The position numbers and the translations under genes were made by a program. Positions 53,484 through 64,000 of a stretch of 64,000 bases of DNA are shown piece after piece. The stretch lies in the NCBI RefSeq assembly GCF_006345805.1, contig NC_043010.1, positions 7,626,001 through 7,690,000 on the forward strand, written 5' to 3'. Source of the DNA: Octopus sinensis. Lineage: Eukaryota. Within the stretch, counting starts at the first letter, position 1. Every line of letters starts with the position of its first letter. A model generated the notes under the pieces. The model made no database searches. It saw only the letters and a program-made list of their open reading frames with translations, and had not been told where the DNA came from.

Positions 53484-53595
53484 CATCCACCATCATCATC
53501 ATCATCACATCCGCCTTCATCATCACTTCCATCATCATCATCATCATCGTCGTTGGCATTGTTGTCATCATCATCATCGTCATCTTCATTGTCAT
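53066..53595. repeat. (CAT)n compound microsatellite with recurring CACATCCACCATC variant units
   Basis: Directly visible; gives poly-M/poly-S ORFs. Confidence 0.97.
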
Positions 53596-53916
53596 TTTAA
53601 TGTCCACTTTTCAATGCCGACATAGGTCAGGGTGAATTTTTTGAGGTACATTTTCTACAGCCAGGTGTTCTTCTTGTCACCAACACTCACCTGTTTCCCA
53701 AGCAAGGTAAATATTTCCCCATGGCCAGACATGTTTTCACAGAAGATGATTGGAAATAAACAACATCACTTGTATGATGATGTTCATTGACAATGATCAT
53801 GTGGTGTCATAACAAGGATATGCACACAAATACACACATGTACCTTGGGCAAATGTTTTCTGCTATAGTCTTGAGCCATCAAAAGCTCTGTAAGTGGATT
53901 TGATGACAGAAGCCTA

Positions 53917-53948
<32 letters not shown>

Positions 53949-54362
53949 CTTTGTGTCTATGTTTGTCTCATACCATTGCTTGACAATTGCAGTTGGTTTG
54001 TTTATGTCCCTGTAACTTAATGATTTGGCAAAAGAGACATAAAAGTACGAAACTTACGAAAACAAAGAAGTGGGGTCAATTTATTCAACTTGAAATTCTT
54101 GTGAGAAACTATGTGTGTGAAAGCTTACATTCACACATGCAAATGACATCATACTTTTGCATGAAACCATTTGAGCAAATATGTCCTGTAGCTCTGAGCT
54201 ATCAACTTGTGATAACCAGTGAAATAAAAGAGACCTTTTAAAAAAGCAGGAAAAGCTGGCTGTGAAGCACTGCTCTGACACATCTTGTACCAACCCATGC
54301 TAGCATTAAAGGTGGACGTAAAAGCAATTGGCTGCAGTGGGGATTTCCTCTGCTATCTTTTT

Positions 54363-55047
54363 ACCTTTTACTTGTTTCAGTCATTGAACTGCAGCTATGC
54401 TGGGACACTGCCTTAAACGGTGTCAGTTGTACAGATCAATTCCAGTACTTGATTTTTTAAGACTGGTACTGATTTTATTGTCTGTTTTGCTGAACTGCTT
54501 AGTCACAGGTTTGGTTAAAAAGAGACGATGAGCGATGGCTAGAAGGATATTGAGCTTTATTTGATAACCAGCTGATCTAGCAAGGGGGGCCTCATATCAG
54601 TGAGGGGGGCCCGGTGCACATTGATGCCGTCGAGAGGTAGGCCCTGAAACGGTGCCCATTCTCTCCTGATGACCCCATACACTTGCTGGCTTCTGGTATG
54701 CAGAGTTTTTGACTGGTAGCACTTGCATGTGCAAGTTGTTTGCATGACAACTAACATTACTCATCAAGTAGGGGTGAGGTGTCAAACACGGACACAAAGA
54801 CAAACAAATACTCACAAATAAATACACACACATACACACACACGCACACACTCACACAAACTCACACACATATACATATACATGACAGGCTTCCACTGTT
54901 TGTGGCTACCAATTTCATTCACATGACAGTAGTCAACCCTAAGATATAGAAGACAAATCCTCAAGATACCATCCAATGAGATTGAACCTGAAACTAGGTG
55001 GTTGCAAAACAAGCTACTTATCTTCAAAACCATGCCTGCTACTCCTG
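54363..55047 (-). mobile_element. Old family A SINE interrupted by a ~265-bp GC-rich insert
   Basis: SINE tail 54363-54508, unrelated 54509-54770, SINE centre/head 54790-55047. Confidence 0.65.
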
Positions 55048-55808
55048 TATCTAAAAATATATGGTAATTAGAAAATCCCATTTTCTTTAAATGAAACAAG
55101 TAATTTTTTTTTTTTTTTTTTCCATTTTATATGATGAACATACGATTAAATATAGCAAAAAAATTTGGAAAGGAATTAGATTAGATCTAAGCATTTTCAG
55201 CCTTACAGACAAGTCAACTTAAGATGAAATTGCATAAGATATATTTGAGTTAGGAAATGTATATATCTTTGTCATCCTTAGCATGAAGAAAAAACGGCAA
55301 ACAATACAAAGAATGAAGATTAACAAGAGAGTGTAAGCATATATATGTATATATATTATATATATATATATATATATCTATAGCTTGATGACATCTGGTG
55401 ATCCATCTGCTAAGAAAATCGTGTGGAGATAAATGGGATATTTCTGGCTGTGCATGAATAGCCAATAGCAGAAAGCAGCAAGGTGTGAGTTTAATGTACA
55501 GCACTTTACTCACACTTTCCATATTAACAGTTTTTCACTTCGTATTTGCATATATGTGTGTGTATATATGAGTGTGTGTTCATGTGTATGTGTGTGTGTA
55601 TGTATATATATATGTGTGTGTGTGTGTGTATATGTTTGTATTTCCAAATGCACATACATAAAGGCACACACATTTATATATATGTATAGATAGATAGAGA
55701 GAGAGAGAGAGAAAGAGAGATAGATAGATAGACATACACACATTTATATTATATATAATATATATATATACACATACATATATATATATATATTATATAT
55801 ATATATAT

Positions 55809-55842
<34 letters not shown>

Positions 55843-55869
55843 CACACATTTATATATATATATACATAT

Positions 55870-55920
<51 letters not shown>

Positions 55921-56464
55921 TACACACACACGGGCATCCACATACAAAAATAAGATATTTATATTACAGGGAATTAACTCCAATGTATATTATTACAGTC
56001 CAAATTATACTTTGGAATTAATTCAGTGTAACATATAATAGGAAAACTGCATTTTGCTATTTTTCATATTTCTTGACTTGTGCAGAATACTTTTAATGTG
56101 TGTGTGTGTGTGTGTGCATGGAGCCACTTAATGGATAGTTATTGCAAAACAGGGGTGATAATAATTTCTTCATAATTATTATCTTGAACTTGAAATTTAA
56201 GGAATAAAGAAGATTCATGGAATATAGATATTTAACTTTTTTGCTTGTTTATTTTTGAAAGTTTTGAGATATCCAGTCATATAAAAAACAGGTTTAGCAC
56301 CATATTGTTCTTATATATATGAAACTGTGAAAGGAGAACTTAAAGGTGTACAAATTAAGAAGTATTGAGCACTAATATTGAACCTTCTAAAGGAGTTGGC
56401 CAGAGCTAATAACAAGTGGAAAGATACTCTTCTAGAAAAGACCTGTTGAACATATACAAGACAA

Positions 56465-57000
56465 TGATGATGATGATGATGATGATCCTCATCATCATCA
56501 TTTACCGTCTGCTTTCCATGCTGGCATGTGTTGGATGGTTTGACTGAGAATTGGTGAGCCAGAGGCTGCACCAGGCTCAGTCTGATCTGGCAAAGTTTCT
56601 ACAGCTGGATGCCCTTCCTAATGCCAACCACTCCGAGAGTGCAGAGGGTGCTTTTACGTGACACCAGCATGAGGGCCAGTCAGGTGGTTATGGCAACGAC
56701 CACGCCCAAAGGGTGTTTTTTATGTGCTACCTGCATGGGAGCCAGTCCAGTGGAACTGGCAATGACCACGCATGAATGTTGCTTTTCACTTGCCACCAGC
56801 ACATGTGTTGGTGGGGGGACTCTGGCAATGATCACACTCAAATGGTACCTTTCACGTGCCACCGGCATGAGAGCCAATCCATGGCCCTGGCAATAGTCAA
56901 ACTCGGATGTGCTTTTAACGTTCCACTGGCACAAATGCCAATCAGGTGGTACTGTCAAAGTCCATTGTCCAATGACTGAGGGGTACTTATAAGTGGGCCA
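56465..57000 (-). mobile_element. Family D element with five internal modules
   Basis: TTTCCATGCTGGCATG...TGGATGCCCTTCCTAATGCCAACC; modules at ~56647, 56712, 56778, 56844, 56908. Confidence 0.78.
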
Positions 57001-57274
57001 GTGATGATGATGATGATGATGATGTATTGGTATACTTATTTATTTAAGTAGATAATTATTAAAAAAAACTCAGAGATCCTTAATTTAAGGTAAAGTATCT
57101 TCACTCTATCATGTGTTATTAAGGTACTTTGATGATTTCAAAACAGTAAACAATCAACTAGCCTTGTAAATAACATCATCTGGATAAACACATTTATATC
57201 TGCATCTATATATACGTACACACAGGCACATACACATACATATATGAGCATTTGCATATCTATCTATCTATCTA

Positions 57275-57330
<56 letters not shown>

Positions 57331-57729
57331 TACATACACACAAACACAAGCACATATATTCACACATGAATTTATATACCTTTGTGTGTGTATATAAGTG
57401 CATGTTAATGAAAACACATAAATTGGTTGTAAAAGGTAATTCTTATTTTTGCTGACATATTTGAAGAGAATTGCATTATGTTATGCAAAGAAACAAAAAA
57501 AAAAAAGTATCCGAGTTCAGTTTAGCATTGTGAACTTTTATTTTCCATATTCAACATAGTTTTATGTTTTGTTTGCATTGGTGTCGTAAATAAACAACTT
57601 CATCAGATGAGAAATTGATAACTGAATGAATACTGAATAACCAGATCATTGAAATCCTCCTGCTCCACCTGCCCCTCCTCCTCTTCATCATCATCCTCAT
57701 TGTCAACAGCAGTGTCATTATTGTTGATG

Positions 57730-57760
<31 letters not shown>

Positions 57761-58339
57761 CATTGTCAACAGCAGTGTCATTATTGTTGATGTCATCATC
57801 ATCAACATCATCACTGTCATCATCATCATCATCCTCTTCCTCATCATCATCATCATCATCACTTTTATGTTTGAGCTGCTAATTCAGTGTAAGCATCATT
57901 TTATTGCATCACTTAACAGAAAACTTTATTTTACTTATCAGACATATCGTCAAGCTTTGGGGAATAGATACCAGAAGTGCCGGATAACTTACCTGTGACA
58001 GACTAACCTTCTGGTCAAGGAAATATTTTGTCTTTCATCTATTTATTGCTACAGCCAACAGAAATTAACCTATTATGCATTACAATTCTCAAAACAATTC
58101 TGTTTTTCTCCAAACTCATTGTGCATTTACATAATGATTTTGCCTCGTTACTTTCTTAAATATGATGAAATCTACATTTCACTGGCTAAGGTCTTAATAA
58201 GACCAAAGTGCATCTAGAATTGTCTCCCTCACTTGATGTTGGTTTCAAATTTTGCCACAAAGACAGTAATTTTAAGGAAGTTGATTATATTAACCTCCCG
58301 CCCGCGCCAAGGTCCAACTGGTATTTATTTTATCGATGA

Positions 58340-58573
58340 AGGTGGCAAGCTGGCAGAATCGATAGCACGCCGGGTGAAATGCATAGCCGTATTTCATCTG
58401 TCATCATTATGTTCTGAGTTCAAATACCGCCAAGGTCAACTTTGCCTTTCATCCTTTCGGGGTCGATAAATTAAGTACCAGTTACGCACAGGGGTCGATG
58501 TAATCGACTTAATCCATTTGTCTGTCCTTGTTTGTCCTCTCTGTGTTTGGCCCCTTGTGGGTAGCAAAGAAAT
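58340..58573 (+). mobile_element. SINE family B nested antisense in an older relative (58232-58712)
   Basis: TSD TGGTATTTA(T/C)TTTATCGA at 58319-58336 and 58574-58591. Confidence 0.87.
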
Positions 58574-58744
58574 TGGTATTTACTTTATCGACCCCAAAAC
58601 GAGGAAAGCTAAAGTTATCCTCAGTGGTATTTTAACTCAGAATGTATAGATAGATGAAATGCCGTAAAGCATTTTGACCAGCGTGCTAACAATTCTGCCA
58701 GCTCACTGCCTTAAAAATTAAAATATTAGACTTTTATTAAGTCA

Positions 58745-59367
<623 letters not shown>

Positions 59368-59777
59368 ATATATACATATATATATATATGTATATATATA
59401 TATATGTTGTATATACTCTAATATTGGTGCAAGGCCTGATATTTGGGGAAGCATTTAGTCAATTAAATTAAGCAGTCAATTTTGGCGCTTGACTGCTACT
59501 TTATTTCATTAAGATAAGTTCATCACCATCATGAGATTTGAACTCAGCATGAAGTGCTAAAGCATATGTTGGCATCACATTTTTTCTGAAACTATCAATT
59601 CTTCCAGTTCATCGCCACAATGTTGGTGGTGGTAATAACGACAAGAGCAACAACAATAATAATAATAATGACAATAATAGTAATGATAATAATAGTGCCT
59701 GGTGTACCTTTATCAGATGGGTAGTCATGATGGGTATATTGGGCTTCGTATATTTTACCCCAGTGTCACTTTGATGG

Positions 59778-59882
59778 CATGAACTGCTCTCTCACTCAAT
59801 AATAATAATAATAATAATAGTAATAATAATGATAATAATGATTTGCTTATTTGATTATTTATTTATGATTATATTAATAATG

Positions 59883-59972
<90 letters not shown>

Positions 59973-60004
59973 ATAATGATAATAACAAAAATAATAAGAA
60001 TAGT

Positions 60005-60046
<42 letters not shown>

Positions 60047-60074
60047 TGATGATGATGATAATAATAATAATAAC

Positions 60075-60130
<56 letters not shown>

Positions 60131-60345
60131 CAACAACATCACTGCTGCTGATGACAAGGAGAAAGACAATGAGGATGACAACTGACTACGACAACGATGG
60201 TGATGATGGTGATGATGGTGACAACAACAATGATAATGATGTTGGCGGTGGTGGTGGTGAGAAGAGGAAGAAGAAGAAGAAGAACAACAACAACAACAAC
60301 AATAACAACAGCAAAAACATCATCAACAACAACAACATCAATAAT
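59778..60345. repeat. (AAT)n/(TAG)n/(GAT)n/(AAC)n trinucleotide repeat field
   Basis: Directly visible. Confidence 0.95.
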
Positions 60346-60810
60346 TATACCAGCAAAATTGCATTGTTCTAAGATTCGCTCTTGTCTTAAATATTATTAT
60401 GCCTGTAGACAGAGCTAGCTTTTATAAAGTTAGGTAAAATTTTGTTCCTTAGTAAATTCATTCAGATCAGGTGGATTATTTCATTGTTTATTTTAATATG
60501 TCATTCCAAGACAGTTGCTATTCTATACGGAGAGAATACCTCACAGCTCTGTTCAATTAATCACGACTTCCTGATTTCTCAAAATAAAAATCCTACTGAA
60601 TCTTCTCAGTAGTATCCTGTTTCTCAGCAGTTGAAATCTCTCTTCAGCAATGGAAACAATAACTGAGAGACAGATTTCTGATGCATCCTAAACCTTGCTC
60701 TTAACAACTCGAATTTAATTTCCCCTTCAGCACATTTAGTGTTAACTTCCTTTCTTATTTCTCCACAGAAAATGGTTCATGTTTCTCTCTAGCAGTGTGG
60801 AGACATATAC

Positions 60811-60844
<34 letters not shown>

Positions 60845-60881
60845 GTATATGTATATGTCTCCACATATATATATATATATG

Positions 60882-60922
<41 letters not shown>

Positions 60923-61305
60923 CGTGTGTAAATATGTATATATATATATATAAATATACGTATACAAATACACACACACACACACAAACATATATATATA
61001 CATATATATCTGTTTGTATGCTTATGTATATGTGTGTGTGTGTATATGTATATATATGTATGTATATGTATGTATGTATATATGTATGTATGTATGTATG
61101 TATGTGTATGCATGCATGCATGTATGTATGCCTGCATGTATGTATACATGCATGCATGCATGTATGTATGTATGTATGTATGTATGTATGCATGTATGTA
61201 TGTATACGTATGTATGTATGTACATATGTATGTGTATGTATATGTATGTTTCTGACATCAACCAAATGTTTGACATAAAGGAAACAATTAAAGTTAGCAA
61301 CATAG

Positions 61306-61348
<43 letters not shown>

Positions 61349-61356
61349 CTCTTTCT

Positions 61357-61392
<36 letters not shown>

Positions 61393-61906
61393 CTATCTAT
61401 CAATCTATAAATTTCCCCTTTGTTTATCTTGATTCCTCTCTCTTCATACCATTTCAGAAAAAGCATCATAAAATTCTGAAGCAATTCCAAACTTCGTTTT
61501 CACTTCTGTTTCTCATCCTTCTCTTGCTGACAACAACTTGCTTTTCTTCCAAGGAAAAAAAGACAATATTTTTTTATTTATTTTTGTATGATTTTACAAT
61601 TTAGTAAAACTATTTGCCTTGATGGAGAGTTTTAGCATTTTTTTCTATATTTATTTATTTGTTTCTTTAAGTATTTACTGTTTATTTCATTTTATTTTAA
61701 TGTACAGAATTTCAGTGATGGGATAATGATCCACCTAACTAGTTTATTATTTTATTTAAAAACAAAGATTTTAACGTGTTTTTATTGTAATTCAATAAGT
61801 ATTTTATTTCTGTTCCTTATCATATATGACATAAAACTGGTCATACATATGTATGCATATGTTAGCATGTATGTATATTTAGCAGAAGCTAGAAAGATGT
61901 CTCTCT

Positions 61907-62113
61907 CTCTTTTACTTGTTTCAGTCAGTTGACTGCGGCCATGCTGGAGCACTGCCTTTAGTCGAGCAAATCGACCCCGGGACTTATTCTTTGTAAGCCT
62001 AGTACTTATTCTATCGGTCTCTTTTGCCAAACCGCTAAGTGACGGGGACGTAAACACACCAGCATCAGTTGTCAAGCAATGCTAGGGGGATAAACACAGA
62101 CACACAAACATAT

Positions 62114-62146
<33 letters not shown>

Positions 62147-62319
62147 CATATATAATACAGGCTTCTTTCAGTTTCCGTCTACAAAATCCACTCACAAGGC
62201 ATTGGTCAGCCCAGGGCTATAGCAGAAGACACTTGCCCAAGATGCCACGCAGTGAGACTGAACCCGGAACCATGTGGTTGGTAAGCAAGCTACTTACCAC
62301 ACAGCCGCTCCTGCGCCTA
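61907..62319 (-). mobile_element. Family A SINE, full length
   Basis: Reverse complement of the 63542 copy. Confidence 0.92.
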
Positions 62320-62671
62320 TGTAGTTATTTCTTAAATAAAGAAAACAGATAACTACATGGAACTGGGAATGGGGTGACAAAATAAAGTGAAATAGCCTGG
62401 AATAGACTTCGATTCTAACAAATAAAGGTTCCAGATATTTAAATTCAGTAATAAGAATTTTTTGAAGTCATATAAAATAAAAGTAATTTCTGTATTTATT
62501 TCACAATGGAGTATAATCAAACAGATATCAGTTTAACACATTCAGTATTTTCTAAAACAAAAGTTTTGCTTTCTTCACAAGGGTAAGTGTAACAATTGCT
62601 TGAAAAATAAAACAAGAAAACAACTTTCTATGAAATAATTCACAGGAATTATTAACAATGCTATATTATAC

Positions 62672-62722
<51 letters not shown>

Positions 62723-62981
62723 ATAAAATTTAATAAGGGTAGAAATTGATATTAATCAATTAAAACCAGATGCCCAGCATATTAAAAAATCCGAAGATAA
62801 AAATATTTTTACATACAAAATTTAAAGGACTGACCACTCAAAAAGTGGACGGTCAACATGCTAGATATAGTGTCACATCGCTATAATATATATATATATA
62901 ATATATATATATTATTATATATTATATATATTATACATATAATATATATATATATAATATATATATATATATATAATATAA

Positions 62982-63021
<40 letters not shown>

Positions 63022-63541
63022 AGTATGTATGTATATGTATATATAAATGTTCTTGTAAGATCATGCTAGAAGCTTAGCATTGTCTTCAAAGTAAGATAAG
63101 CACCAGTTTGAAAATGACATCATATATAAGAGAAAGCAGAAGTGGGTTCTTTTAAAAAAATGGAACTTTAATCACAAGAAGTTTGACAAAGCCAAAAGAA
63201 GAATAATGATAGGAATGAACAGGAAATGTTACTGGAAGTCTGCCAAAATGGTAAAGAAGAATGTTAGGATAAGGCCAGAGATATCTCCTGAAGACAGAAA
63301 AAAAAAAAAAAGAGGAGGCTTAAGTAATGTAGAGAAAGTTCAAAAGTAGACACGATTTCAGAGAGAAGACGAATGCTGGAAGTTGATAAACTACGGTTGA
63401 AAGAAGGCATGAGATATGCTAAAAGCTAAAAGACAGTACAAAATAGGAAAGGAAATTAGACATAGCAAACTAATGAATTTGGAAAGAGAAAGTCCCAACT
63501 ATTGTGGCAGGGAAAATATAACACTGTCAAACTTGAACATA

Positions 63542-63958
63542 TAGGCGCAGGAGTGGCTGTGTGGTAAGTAGCTTGCTAACCAACCACATGGTTCCGGGTT
63601 CAGTCCCACTGCGTGGCACCTTGGGCCAATGTCTTCTACTATAGCCCCGGGCCGACCAATGCCTTGTGAGTGGATTTGGTAGATGGAAACTGAAAGAAGC
63701 CTGTCGTATATATGTATATATATATATGTGTGTATGTGTTTGTGTGTCTGTGTTTGTCCCCCTAGCATTGCTTCACAACCGATGCTGGTGTGTTTGCGTC
63801 CCCGTCACTTAGCGGTTCGGCAAAAGAGACCGATAGAATAAGTACTGGGCTTACAAACGAATAAGTCCCGGGGTCGAGTTGCTCGATTAAAGGCGGTGCT
63901 CCAGCATGGCTGCAGTCAAATGACTGAAACAAGTAAAAGAGTAAAAGAGTAAAAGAGT
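63542..63958 (+). mobile_element. Family A SINE, full length
   Basis: Intact head, core and (AAAAGAGT)3 tail. Confidence 0.93.
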
Positions 63959-64000
63959 ATATTAGGCAACAGCTGAAATGCTTTTGGAATACAAGATAAA

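Noticed and set aside
53053-53607. Met-rich ORF (reflectin-like at first glance)
   Set aside because: Pure (CAT)n repeat; lacks reflectin MDx5MD motifs and Tyr/Arg content.
55282-55338. Possible + strand 51-nt micro-exon (also 36485-36510, 30300-30383, and 57992-58037 on minus)
   Set aside because: Splice-like motifs are frequent by chance in AT-rich DNA; no coherent gene model or recognisable peptide.
63120-63500. Purine-rich stretch resembling coding DNA
   Set aside because: Interrupted by stops where I translated it and no recognisable motif.

Overview
AT-rich, microsatellite- and transposon-dense animal genomic DNA. It is most likely a coleoid cephalopod (Octopus-like), inferred from the protocadherin style and SINE families rather than proven. 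The only clear gene segment is one large minus-strand protocadherin exon (15539-17959: signal peptide, 6 cadherin repeats, TM helix, start of cytoplasmic tail). A second, orphan minus-strand terminal exon ending in a KPLPALP motif (32061-32335) probably belongs to an upstream tandem gene. Most other listed ORFs are translations of (TA)n/(TATG)n/(CAT)n microsatellites or SINEs. Other content: a degenerate tRNA-Gly(GCC), several tRNA-derived SINE families, a 5'-truncated CR1 LINE, decayed mariner (DD34D) and maT-like transposons, a non-autonomous Helitron, and piggyBac-, mariner- and hAT-type MITEs. Four signals stand out. (i) A near-perfect 152-bp inverted repeat whose arms each carry a minimal type I hammerhead-ribozyme fold with a compensatory U3-A8 core; several decayed relatives occur elsewhere. 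(ii) Two fold-back structures in which an 11-nt retroelement 3' tip is flanked by an inverted copy of neighbouring DNA. (iii) A CR1 insertion whose stuttered 5' junction re-creates a splice donor of a putative protocadherin exon. (iv) A SINE family with GGTAT target-site bias that nests antisense into older relatives. Repeat boundaries were read by eye and are approximate to a few bp.
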